Origin: Planctomycetota bacterium
GTDB lineage: Bacteria; Planctomycetota; UBA8108; SXIK01
Assembly (NCBI GenBank): GCA_965223265.1
Contig: OZ244999.1
Location: 5,696,001-5,760,000 of the forward strand
Length of the DNA: 64,000 nt
Direction: 5' to 3'
The notes under the pieces were generated by a model. That model ran no database searches and had not been told where the DNA came from. It saw only the letters and a program-made list of their open reading frames with translations. Position numbers and translations under genes: made by a program. Shown in pieces: positions 31,550 through 40,908 of the stretch. Position 1 is the stretch's first letter. Each line of letters starts with the position of its first letter.

Positions 31550-31723
31550 GTAGGAATCTTCTCCACCAACGATGTGCGTGCTTTCATCTATGACGAGTCA
31601 ATGTGGCGCATTGCGATCGCTCGTGACATGATGGTCACCGACTTTCTCAGCGTCACGCTCGACGACGACCTCAATACCGCGCTGCGGCGCTTCACGGCGC
31701 GCAATATCGACGAGCTTCCGGTC
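31550..31723 (+). pseudogene. Duplicated CBS-domain fragment of the ClC gene (direct repeat copy 2)
   Basis: VGIFSTNDVRAFIYDESMWRIAIARDMMVTDFLSVTLDDDLNTALRRFTARNIDELPV; 3 aa differences over 58 relative to the ClC copy. Confidence 0.85.
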
Positions 31724-31727
31724 CTGG

Positions 31728-32456
31728 AGGCACAAAGCGATCGACGCGCTGCGCAAGTGCTTTGCGGTTCACCTCGCGGGTGATCAGCACTTAGCGACGA
31801 TCTTCCACCATGGCATCGAGGAGTTTCGCGACAGTTGTTTCTCCTTCGGTGTCCCATCGATCGCGAACCTTTACCTGCGCTGGTGGAAGCCGCTCCAACC
31901 CGGCGGGCAACGCGAGCCGGGCGCGCCGGAGTATACCGGCGATCACTTGGACGGCTTTGGCAACAAGGTCACCTGCTATGCCGTCGCCAACCCCGACGAA
32001 CGCCCCGCCAGTGGCGACAAGCTGACGACACGCGCCGCCGGCTTTGGAGTCTTGCGCCTCAATAAACGCACGCGCCAGATCACCATGCAGTGCTTCCCGC
32101 GCGGCGTCGACGTCATGAACCCGGCGACTCAACAGTACGATGGTTGGCCGAAGACCATCGACCAGCAAGACAACTATGGACGAACTCCAAAAGCGTATCT
32201 CCCCACGCTAGAGATCACCGGTCAGGCGGATCCAGTCGTCAAGATCATCGACGAGTCAGATGGCGCTTGGGTCTACGCCCTGCGCATCAGGGGGTCGCGC
32301 TTTCAACCGAAGGTGTTTCGTGAGGGGCGTTACACCGTGGAAGTCGGCGAAGGCGAGGCAAAGGCCGTCATCAAAGGCGTGCAGTCGATCGGACTCGATC
32401 AGCAGGCTGAATTGCGAGTCGCACTGCGCGCAGAAAAGGTCGACGGCTCCCCTTGA
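31728..32456 (+). pseudogene. 5'-truncated C-terminal part of a PhoD-like metallophosphoesterase
   Basis: Open frame from 31728: RHKAIDALRKCFAVHLAGDQHLATIFHHG..VPSIANLYLRWW..DGFGNKVTCYAVANP..GWP..WVYALRIRG..QPKVF; no start codon upstream of the GDQH motif. Confidence 0.7.
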
Positions 32457-32566
32457 CGAAGACGACGTCAGAGCCAGGCCCCGACACCTGCATTTGACTT
32501 CGGTTCTCGTTCACTGGATACTGCGTTGCCACAAACGACCCGTATCGCGGACAGGAGAATCGAGTG

Positions 32567-32962
32567 ATGCATAGAGTACTTGTTTGGTCCCTTTCGTTGT
32601 TTCTCCTGCCGCTCGCTGTGAGCGCCTGCGGGCAGTCTTCGCACGAGTCACTCACCGACGAAATGGTCACGTCGACTGAGGAAATCGCGGACGTTCTCGA
32701 AACAGTGACTGACAAGGCGTCGGCTGAAGCAGCGAAGCCGAGACTCGAGGCGATCGCGAAAAAGATGAAGGACACCCTCGAGCGCAGAAAGGCCCTTGGT
32801 GAGCCGGACGCCGCGGAGCAGCAGGCGATCGCGGAAAAGGTCAAGTCCCGGCTCGATGCTAGCCAGGCTCGCATGATGCAAGCCATGATGCGATTGCAAT
32901 CGCAACCCGATGCGCTACAAGTGTTGCGTGACACCATCACAGGAATTGGCCCACTCGAATAG
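32567..32962 (+). CDS. Small helical lipoprotein
   Basis: AGGAG RBS; signal peptide with lipobox VSAC; LETVTDKASAEAAKPRL helical region. Confidence 0.8.
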   Translation: MHRVLVWSLSLFLLPLAVSACGQSSHESLTDEMVTSTEEIADVLETVTDKASAEAAKPRLEAIAKKMKDTLERRKALGEPDAAEQQAIAEKVKSRLDASQARMMQAMMRLQSQPDALQVLRDTITGIGPLE

Positions 32963-33016
32963 TCGAGACGAGTGCCAGGTCAGTGTCACCGTCGCGCGGG
33001 TAGCCTAGCGCCAGAT

Positions 33017-34261
33017 CTAGATCGCCGCCAGCGGCTTGTACCCAGCGATCACGCCGCGCGCTTGTCGCAAAAACGGTAGCGGCGAAAGCCCCCCGGCACG
33101 CGGCTCCTCGCCTTGAAAGATGTGCTGCACCTGTTGACGAGGAAAACAGCGCCAGGCGACGCGATCCGTGCCGGCGATGGCGAGCAGATTCAGGTTTCCT
33201 TGCTTGGCCTCGTAGCCATCCTCGCCATTCGAAATCGCTAAAAACTCTTCCAGCGCCGCCTCGCCGTATAGGGAGCCTAAAACTCGATCTTTCAGCGTCG
33301 GCGCGCCACCGCGCTGCAGGTCGTCGAGCAGGACGTGGCGCACCTGAGCAGCGGAGCGGTCGGAGAAATGCACATCCAGTGCTTCAGCAACTCGCAGCAC
33401 CGTCAGCTCGAGCGGTTTGATCGATGTCATCATATCCTCGTAGTCGATGCGCGGGGCTTCGCCACCGCGAACGTTGACCACGGGTACACCGCTCGGAAGG
33501 ATGACGAGAAGGTACTTGCGGTTGCCACGCTCGAACATAGCTTCGATCCAGCGCACGAGCTCAGGGATGCTGACGTAATTCGGATCAAACTCTCGCCCGT
33601 AGAGCTGCTGGATCTCAGCGCGGTGCTCGTCAGTCAATCTCGGCCGCAGCGGCAAATAGATTCGGTGCGCGCCGCAGGCCAAACCGACCTGGATCGGCAT
33701 GCAGTTGCTCTTCGAACCGACACACTCGACCAGAAATACCGTGCGGCTGTGGAACGCCTGATCGCGGAGACAATCGACGACGTCGACGGCGCGGTTAGCA
33801 GCCGTGTCGAAGCCGATCGACTCGGCGTGAACGTCGTCCGATGCATCGTCGACGTTGGGATCAAGGAATTCACCTTCCACTGATGCGGGTACGAACATCG
33901 TCGTCGTACGTGCCATGAGGCCGCTTTCATAAAGCCGGTTCAGCACAGCGAAGCTTCCGAGTCCCCCCGTAGCCACGACGACGTCATACTTACGCAGCGC
34001 CATGGCAATTTTCCTGTGACTCTCGGTGTCATCTTTGTTGATCTTGGCATCGGTGGAGCCAAGAACGGACCCACCACGCGACAACACTGAAGCGACATCG
34101 CTATCCTTCAGCTGCCAAAATTCGTCCCGAAGCAGCCCGAGCCAGCCCAAGCGGGCGCCGAAGACATCGGCCCCTCGTTTCAGGGCGATTCGCGTCACAG
34201 CTCGAACGGCGGCATTGACGCCTGGTGCGTCTCCACCGAGCGTCGCAATGAGGCACCGCAT
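33017..34261 (-). CDS. 6-phosphofructokinase (PfkA-family) homolog with degenerate catalytic motifs
   Basis: GGDAPGVNAAVRAV, GGSVLGS, SIGFDTA and LQRGG retained; GGDGS is GGLGS, TIDND is SVEGE, MGR is VGS; GGAGG RBS. Confidence 0.8.
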   Translation of the reverse strand: MRCLIATLGGDAPGVNAAVRAVTRIALKRGADVFGARLGWLGLLRDEFWQLKDSDVASVLSRGGSVLGSTDAKINKDDTESHRKIAMALRKYDVVVATGGLGSFAVLNRLYESGLMARTTTMFVPASVEGEFLDPNVDDASDDVHAESIGFDTAANRAVDVVDCLRDQAFHSRTVFLVECVGSKSNCMPIQVGLACGAHRIYLPLRPRLTDEHRAEIQQLYGREFDPNYVSIPELVRWIEAMFERGNRKYLLVILPSGVPVVNVRGGEAPRIDYEDMMTSIKPLELTVLRVAEALDVHFSDRSAAQVRHVLLDDLQRGGAPTLKDRVLGSLYGEAALEEFLAISNGEDGYEAKQGNLNLLAIAGTDRVAWRCFPRQQVQHIFQGEEPRAGGLSPLPFLRQARGVIAGYKPLAAI

Positions 34262-34622
34262 AGTTCCTCCTTCGCGATTGAGTCGGAATCATCCAGTTTT
34301 GGAACCAGACCGCGGCGAGGACACCTTTTAAGATAACCGAGGCCCCTGCCGAGCGTATGAACTTTCCCCGGAATCCTGCGTGCCGCCGAGTCGCCGATGG
34401 CGTAAAGCGAACGCAGAGATCGGCCCGAGCGCCCGCGAAAAATGGCGAGCAAGAGCGGCGAAGAGTGCGTCAGTAGCAGAGTCTCGAGACGCGGCGGAGC
34501 GTTGAGCGTACTTCACCGCAGGTGAGCAAATTGCCGACGCCGCTCAATCGTCGATCATTGCGCACTCTTCGCGGGTCGAAGAGCGCTTCGTTGCCGTGAT
34601 TTTTGTAGGCGATAGGGAACCA

Positions 34623-36230
34623 TCACCGGCCCTCGTGATCGCCGGCGCCTCCACCGTGCCAAGCATGTTCTGGTCGCGCCAGAATCTCGTCAATGACGGT
34701 CGCGACGCGTGAGGCGGCATCACCTTGCCCCGCCGTCCGCGCCTCCGCGAGGATGTGACGCGCCTGAGGTATCAGTTCTTCATAGAATCTCTCCGCAACT
34801 TCGTACATCCCGTGCCAGTGGGCATAGTCGGGCGCCATCATCGACGCGCCATGCCGCGCTCGTCGCCCCTCGTGGTGCCAGAGATAGAACCAGGTCCACT
34901 CGATCTTGTCGTCGAATTGAGTCTTAGAGATGAGCTCGTTTTCGAGGAGCGCAGCCATGATCGCCTTTCCTGGTTTGGCGAACTTCTCGTTGTAGAGAAT
35001 GACGAAATCGTCGTACTGCTTGTAGAAGCCAGAGATGTAGGCCGGTGTATGACAGTGGGCGCAGACATCCTTCATGCGATCACGTTTGTTCTGCCAGCTG
35101 TCGGCGATCAACTCCTGCCTCTTGGCGCTGTCGATCTCCTTGATCACTTTGTGTTCGGCATCGGTGTCCATGACGAGACTGACGGGTGGTCGATTGGTCC
35201 ACGAAATCCTCTGACCAGGGTCGTGCGTGATTTTGCCATCGTTGCGCGAATGGCCAGACATGTGACAGGTCGCGCACGTCGGCGCCTGCGAGTAATCACG
35301 CCCAAGCACCCAAGTCTCTGAGTCCAAGTTCATCGTCTCCCGCAGGTCGCGATAGGCGACACCGTGCTTGGACTCTTCGTAGATCTCTTTTTGCGGGTGG
35401 TCGGGTCCGAGGTGACACTTTCCGCAGTTCTCCGGTTGACGGGCACGCCGCGGCGAAAAGTCGTGCCGCGAGTGGCACGCGGAGCAGGAGCCCTTCGATC
35501 CGTCGAGGTTGAGGCGTCCAATACCGGTGTTCGGCCACGTCCCGGGGTCGTAGAGTGGTCGCCCGCTGTCGGGGTCGTGACGAATGCGAGCGACCGCGGC
35601 TGCGTTCGTCGGTTTTCCATCACCGTCCGGCTGCAAGTCATTGACGGTCACGCGTCCGCCATCAGTAGTCTGTAAGGCGACCATACTGCCATGGCACTGG
35701 TGACACCCGACAAGAGCGCTCGCCATGCCGTTGACGAGTCCGTCTTCGCGGCCCGGGGTCGGTGAATGAGGATTGAAAGGCACACGCGATCCCTCGACGG
35801 TTTCAGCGAGGAAATTGTCGAGCGAGTGGAGGATGTTACCGCCCGCGGCGTGATGACTGCGTGCAAACTCTGCGGCAACGTCGGGATGGCAGCGGCTGCA
35901 GTCGAGCGGGGTTACGACGGTCGCAATGACGACGCCGAAGTGCACAAAGGCGTCCGCGTCACCCTGCTCGGCGCGGTGGCACTCGACACAGCCGACACCC
36001 TTCTCCGCATGCGTGCTACCTTCCCAATGCTCAACGATCCCGGGCGAATTCCTCGTGTGACAGTCGACACATCCCTCCGAAGTCTTTGGCGTGACGTAGT
36101 GAGGGCGGAACCGGCCCGTTTCGCGGCCTTTACGGAGGACTTCCATCGCTTGGACAAAGATGAGCGACAGAAGAAAAACTCCGCCAAGAATCCCGATGAT
36201 CACTTTCTTCGTTTCGAGCCTCATCGACAC
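34623..36230 (-). CDS. Octaheme cytochrome c, hydroxylamine oxidoreductase (HAO)-like family, membrane anchored
   Basis: Eight CxxCH motifs (CVDCH, CVECH, CSRCH, CHQCH, CSACH, CGKCH, CATCH, CAHCH); GPDHPQKEIYEESKHG, APTCATCHM, GASMMAPDYAHWHG; N-terminal TM segment. Confidence 0.9.
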   Translation of the reverse strand: MSMRLETKKVIIGILGGVFLLSLIFVQAMEVLRKGRETGRFRPHYVTPKTSEGCVDCHTRNSPGIVEHWEGSTHAEKGVGCVECHRAEQGDADAFVHFGVVIATVVTPLDCSRCHPDVAAEFARSHHAAGGNILHSLDNFLAETVEGSRVPFNPHSPTPGREDGLVNGMASALVGCHQCHGSMVALQTTDGGRVTVNDLQPDGDGKPTNAAAVARIRHDPDSGRPLYDPGTWPNTGIGRLNLDGSKGSCSACHSRHDFSPRRARQPENCGKCHLGPDHPQKEIYEESKHGVAYRDLRETMNLDSETWVLGRDYSQAPTCATCHMSGHSRNDGKITHDPGQRISWTNRPPVSLVMDTDAEHKVIKEIDSAKRQELIADSWQNKRDRMKDVCAHCHTPAYISGFYKQYDDFVILYNEKFAKPGKAIMAALLENELISKTQFDDKIEWTWFYLWHHEGRRARHGASMMAPDYAHWHGMYEVAERFYEELIPQARHILAEARTAGQGDAASRVATVIDEILARPEHAWHGGGAGDHEGR

Positions 36231-36282
36231 GCTCCATGCTGGAAATGTTGTATTTCTCTCTCACGCTCTGCGGCGTCTGCTC

Positions 36283-37341
36283 TCAGTGACTCACGGCAGC
36301 TTCCCACACGGTCAGCAAAATGATGGCAATCACTGCCGCAATGCCGATCCAGACGCTCATTTCACTCGTCGGAGCACGGCGACGCAGCCAACCATCGATC
36401 AAAGGCCAGACGAACATGAGAAAGAGAATGAATCCCGTCGTCAGTACTGCGAACGTCCCCGAAAACAACTTGAGCCAACGGAAGACGACGTAGAAGAACC
36501 ACTCGGGCTTGATGACCTCTGGTGTCGTGAAGGGATCTGCCTTCGGGCCGAGCTCCGCTGGCAGGGTGATCGCCAGCGTCGTCAGAATGACCATGAGGGA
36601 TAGTCCGAGAATCAGTTCTGTGTAGAAATGGTCGGGGAAAAAACTGAAGTGAGCGTTCTCCCGATCGCTGTCACGAGCGAAGCGGTACTCGGTGACTCCC
36701 TGCAGCCGAATGAGTGTCAAGTGGATCCCGATCAGGAGCACCATCAGGACGGGAAGAACCGCGGCGTGAAGTACGTAAAGCCGCGACAACGTGTGCGCGC
36801 CGTACGTCTCGCCGCCAAGAAGCAGCCGCTTCAGAACGCCGCCGATCCATGGGATGCTGTCGGCGATGTTGGCGCCCACCGTCGCACCCCAGTAGCTCAG
36901 CTGCTCGTAAACCAGGCTATAGCCGGTGAAGCCGAGAACGAGAGTGCAGACCAGCAGACACATACCGATCATCCAGTTCAGCTCGCGTGGTCTGCGGTAA
37001 GCGCCCGTGAAGTAGACTCGCATCTGGTGCAGGATGACTGCTGCCACCATGAGCGTCGCGGACCACTTGTGAAGACTGCGGATGTACCAGCCGTAGGCGA
37101 CACTCTCCGTGATATACTCAACCGACTCATACGCACGTTGCGGAGACGGCTCGTAGTAAAAGGCGAGCAGAATCCCGGTGACGATCTGGACGACAAAAAG
37201 GTAGGCCGGGGTGCCACCGAGACAGAACCACCAGTGGCGCAGGTGATTCGGCACGGGTTCGTTCGTCAACTCGCGCAGCTGATCACCTGAGACCGGAACC
37301 CGCTCGCGTAGCCACGTGGTCAGGGCGGACATGAGTACCAT
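36283..37341 (-). CDS. Cytochrome b of a Rieske/cytochrome b complex (b6-like, fused to subunit IV)
   Basis: WFCLGG, RSLHKW, ILHQMRVY..GAYRRPRELNW, GFTGYSL, LHAAVLP..GIHL, IKPEWFF. Confidence 0.93.
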   Translation of the reverse strand: MVLMSALTTWLRERVPVSGDQLRELTNEPVPNHLRHWWFCLGGTPAYLFVVQIVTGILLAFYYEPSPQRAYESVEYITESVAYGWYIRSLHKWSATLMVAAVILHQMRVYFTGAYRRPRELNWMIGMCLLVCTLVLGFTGYSLVYEQLSYWGATVGANIADSIPWIGGVLKRLLLGGETYGAHTLSRLYVLHAAVLPVLMVLLIGIHLTLIRLQGVTEYRFARDSDRENAHFSFFPDHFYTELILGLSLMVILTTLAITLPAELGPKADPFTTPEVIKPEWFFYVVFRWLKLFSGTFAVLTTGFILFLMFVWPLIDGWLRRRAPTSEMSVWIGIAAVIAIILLTVWEAAVSH

Positions 37342-37357
37342 CTCTCTTCGTGCTCCC

Positions 37358-37879
37358 CTAGACCGACTCGTTCACGGCAACTTCAATGAAGAGAAGTCCG
37401 TTCTCTACCTTCAGCGGGTAGCGCGGTAGCGCCTGGCCCGCGTCCGCCGGAGGGCCGGAGACGGGCTCTCCCTGCGGTGAAAACACGCCGTTGTGGCACG
37501 GACAAAAGAAGCGGGAATTGTGAGCCTCCCAGTGGACACGACAGCCAAGGTGTGGACAGGTGCTCGAAAGAGCGATGAAGCTGTCATCATCATCGCCGTC
37601 GCCATTGGCGGTGTCGCCGCGACGACTGATGGCCACACGGAGTCCCGCCGGAGTCGCGTAGCTTAGCGTCTTGCCACGACTCAGCTCGCGAACCGGTGCG
37701 ACGAGATGCCAAGCTCGCTCGCTACTCGCTGCTGGATAGAGAAAACGCCCCGCCATCAAGGCGAACGTTCCGTAGCTCAGGGCAAGTCCGCCGCCCATGG
37801 CGACGCCAGAAGCCCGGCGTAGAAAGGTACGGCGAGGTTCGGCTGGGTTGACTGACAAGCCGTCAGTGGTGTCGTGCAT
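37358..37879 (-). CDS. Rieske 2Fe-2S subunit of a Rieske/cytochrome b complex
   Basis: Tat motif RRTFL plus TM segment; CPHLGC and FCPCHNG; GPP. Confidence 0.93.
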   Translation of the reverse strand: MHDTTDGLSVNPAEPRRTFLRRASGVAMGGGLALSYGTFALMAGRFLYPAASSERAWHLVAPVRELSRGKTLSYATPAGLRVAISRRGDTANGDGDDDDSFIALSSTCPHLGCRVHWEAHNSRFFCPCHNGVFSPQGEPVSGPPADAGQALPRYPLKVENGLLFIEVAVNESV

Positions 37880-38313
37880 AAGGTTCTATTCGCAAACTGA
37901 ACAGTAAAGAAAGCGTACCTAACGACGGAACTCTCGTATCTGAGAGTCGCTCCAACTCGCGTCGCGCCGCATGCCTCGGCATGTCGAGGCACGCCTTATT
38001 CGCAAACGACGTTCCATGCACCGCGATTCACTCAGGAAGCCGACAGTCCCTACCAGCGACGCACGTGAAGGCGCCGTTGCACGAATCAGCTGCAAGCCAC
38101 GCATTCGAGCAGATGCGAGAATTCTCGTCCCCGGCGTAAAATTCCCCTTTCTCGATGATCGCCTATCCGCCTGTGTTGACAGGACTTCCGCGGAGACACT
38201 TGGCGTGACGGGCGCCCGATTGAGGCGAGGACAAGGCCATCTTGGACGCTCATTCGCTGCGGCGCCGGCTGGTCGACAGCACCCCAGTCGTCGTTTTTCA
38301 CCGCCTCGCGCAG

Positions 38314-40260
38314 TCACGCCCCCCCCTGAATCTCGGCGAGGAATGCGGCGCCGAAATCGGCGAGCTTCCGCTCGCCGACGCCGTGCACCTCGAGCAGCGC
38401 CTCCATCGTCCGCGGCACCCGGCGCGCCATGTCGCGGAGCGTTGCGTCGCCAAAGACGACAAACGGCGGTACATTGCGCTCACGCGCCAAACGCAGGCGC
38501 AGCTGTCGCAGCCTCTCGAACAGCTCGGCGTCGACGCCCGCCCACGCATCCTCTTCATGCCGAGAGCGGTGGACGCGCGTTGGCTTCCTCTCGGGTAGGA
38601 ACCAAGCTTGCCGGTTCCCACGGAGCACTTGAGCGGACTGCTCATTCAGCCTGAGGACCGGAAACGCCCCACCTGTTCTCGAGAGGAGGTCCTGATCGAT
38701 GAGCTGATAGACCATGTTCGTGATCGACTTCTTCGTTCGCTCCCTCATCAGCCCGAACGTGCTGAGCTGGTCATGGGAGAGCTGCACGACCCGGTCGCTT
38801 CGAGTACCACGCAACACGTCGGCGATGTGGGCGATCCCGAACTCGCCCTTGACGCGAAAGACGCACGAGAGAATCTGCTGTGCTGCAACCGTTCCATCCT
38901 CAAGGGCGTCGCACTCGCCGAGGCAGACGTCACAAGCGCCGCAATCCGCCGTCTCGTACGGTTGACCGAAGTACTCCGAGAGCGTCTTGTGGCGACAGGT
39001 TCCGGGAGCGGAGAGTCTGCGCATGTGGTGAAGGAGAGTGGCCGCCGCAGCGAATTCCTTCTCCCCTTGGCTCGGATCCTCCGCCTCCGCCGCAGAGCGT
39101 TCCATGAGCTTGCGCCAGCGCAGGGTGTCGGCTGGCGAATGCAACAGAACGCACTCGGCTTCGAGGCCGTCTCGTCCTGCGCGGCCTGTCTCCTGCTGGT
39201 AGTGCTCGATCGATTTTGGGGTCGCTGCGTGAATCACGCAGCGGACGTTGCTGCGGTCGACTCCCATGCCGAACGCAACGGTGGCTACGATGACGTTCAA
39301 GTTTTCGTCGGCGAAAGCTTCTTGGACGCGACGGCGTTCGTCGGCCTCCATGCCGGCATGGTAGCAGGCGGCGCGGTGCCCTTGCGCGTCGAGGTAACTG
39401 CTCAGGCGCTCCGTGTCGCTGCGGCTGATGCAGTAAATGATGACCGCCTCGCCGCGATGCCGTTCGAGCACGTCAAGCGTTTGCTGCCGCAGGTTGTGGC
39501 GCGGAATGAGTCGATATGTCAGGTTGGGGCGGTCGAAGCGTCCGACCAAGACTTCGGGATCGTCCAGCCGCAGCTGCTGAACGATGTCGGCGCGCACGCG
39601 CTCGGTCGCAGTCGCGGTATACGCATGGAGGCCAGCCGCGGGAAAGCGATCCTTGAGGACGGCGAGCTGACGGTATTCAGGTCGAAAGTTGTGGCCCCAA
39701 TGGCTGATGCAGTGCGCTTCGTCAATGGCGAACGATCGCACTGGCACGCGCCTGAGAAGATCGAGGAATCGCGGCTGGACGAGACGCTCTGGCGCGACGA
39801 AGACCAGTCGCACGTCGCCGCCCGCAATGGAGCGCTCGGCCGCGTCGCGTTCCTCCGGTGAAAGTCCGCTATGAATGCCTACCGCGGCGTAGCCGCAGGC
39901 GCGAAGCGAATCGACCTGATCTTTCATCAGCGAGATCAGGGGTGAAACGACGACGTCGGTGCATCCGAGCACTGCCGGCGGCACCTGATAGCAAAGCGAC
40001 TTGCCGCCGCCGGTCGGCATCACCACGAGCGAATCTCGACCGCTCAGGCCAGCGGCGATCGCTTCGGCTTGAAGCGGCCGCAGCTGATCAAAGCCCCAAA
40101 AGCGGCGCACGGTCTCTTTGACTGACTCATGCTCTTTGACTGACTCATGCAGCGACTCTTTCGGCGACTCGTGCACGGACTCCGCCGCTGACTCGGTCGC
40201 CGAAATGTCCACCAACTCCTCGCCGACTGCCTTGACTGCGTCGTTCACCGACTCCTCCAC
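38314..40260 (-). CDS. recQ: ATP-dependent DNA helicase RecQ
   Basis: MPTGGGKSLCYQ, DEAHCISHWGHNFRPEY, TATAT, ATVAFGMGVD, YQQETGRAGRDG, Zn-binding CR..CGACDVC, RQC and HRDC domains; exact start uncertain. Confidence 0.95.
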   Translation of the reverse strand: MEESVNDAVKAVGEELVDISATESAAESVHESPKESLHESVKEHESVKETVRRFWGFDQLRPLQAEAIAAGLSGRDSLVVMPTGGGKSLCYQVPPAVLGCTDVVVSPLISLMKDQVDSLRACGYAAVGIHSGLSPEERDAAERSIAGGDVRLVFVAPERLVQPRFLDLLRRVPVRSFAIDEAHCISHWGHNFRPEYRQLAVLKDRFPAAGLHAYTATATERVRADIVQQLRLDDPEVLVGRFDRPNLTYRLIPRHNLRQQTLDVLERHRGEAVIIYCISRSDTERLSSYLDAQGHRAACYHAGMEADERRRVQEAFADENLNVIVATVAFGMGVDRSNVRCVIHAATPKSIEHYQQETGRAGRDGLEAECVLLHSPADTLRWRKLMERSAAEAEDPSQGEKEFAAAATLLHHMRRLSAPGTCRHKTLSEYFGQPYETADCGACDVCLGECDALEDGTVAAQQILSCVFRVKGEFGIAHIADVLRGTRSDRVVQLSHDQLSTFGLMRERTKKSITNMVYQLIDQDLLSRTGGAFPVLRLNEQSAQVLRGNRQAWFLPERKPTRVHRSRHEEDAWAGVDAELFERLRQLRLRLARERNVPPFVVFGDATLRDMARRVPRTMEALLEVHGVGERKLADFGAAFLAEIQGGA

Positions 40261-40522
40261 CGTCCACCAGCGGCAGCGTCACGTGTTTTCCCCGCTCTTG
40301 TTGCCTTGCGTGGGGGAACAACAGCGACCTTCGCGTCTGACGACTGCACGCTCGGGGCATTCTAACGCTGATCGACCGTGTTCGCCAGTCGCCGCGTTTC
40401 AGCGTCCGACGCTTCGGTTCAGAGGCGAGGACGGACGGGCCAGAACTGGCGTGAAGAAGCCAGCCGCAGAATCATCAATTCAGGCAGGCTATGAACCTCG
40501 AGTTTGGCCATTCGGTGCACGA

Positions 40523-40797
40523 AAGTGGCAGGCAACGCCGTGTGCCGTCCGGTCTGGCACACTCCGACCCCATTGTTGCAAAAGAAAAGCGCTTCAAAGC
40601 CATGCGCGATTGCGTGAGCGTGGATCCTCGAGCGCCTGCCGCTTCTCTGCCTGATCTTCGTTTGCTTCTGTTCAAGATTCAAGAGATCAGAACAAGTTGA
40701 ACGAAAAGGAAACCAAGTCAACGAAGGAAAAACGTCCAAACGAGCAGGCAATGCCGTGTGTCGTCCGGACGGCACACGGCGTGCGTCTACTACTTTT
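40523..40797 (+). repeat. Dispersed intergenic repeat copy
   Basis: GCAGGCAA.GCCGTGTG.CGTCCGG..GGCAC palindromes flank the module GGATCCTCGAGCGCCTGCCGCTTCTCTGCCTGATCTTCG..CTTCTGTTCAAGATTCAAGAGATCAGAACAAG..TTGAACGAAAGG shared with 49175-49345 and 8150-8255. Confidence 0.85.
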
Positions 40798-40908
40798 CCA
40801 GAGGAGCTCTTGACACTCGCAAGTTTGCTCAGGGGGAGCAAAAATGCGAAAGGCCTCTGCATCCCGTGAACTCGTCCGGCCAGGCCAGCACGAAATGGTA
40901 GAGTCGAG

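Noticed and set aside
34623-37879. Evidence that the organism is an anammox bacterium or ammonia oxidiser
   Set aside because: HAO-like octahemes are widespread, there are no hzs/amo/cycA genes here, and the surrounding gene content looks heterotrophic.
38608-39861. 417-aa plus-strand ORF (similarly 24663-25691 and 55979-57148)
   Set aside because: Antisense or out-of-frame shadows of recQ, the sulfatase and the operon genes in GC-rich DNA.
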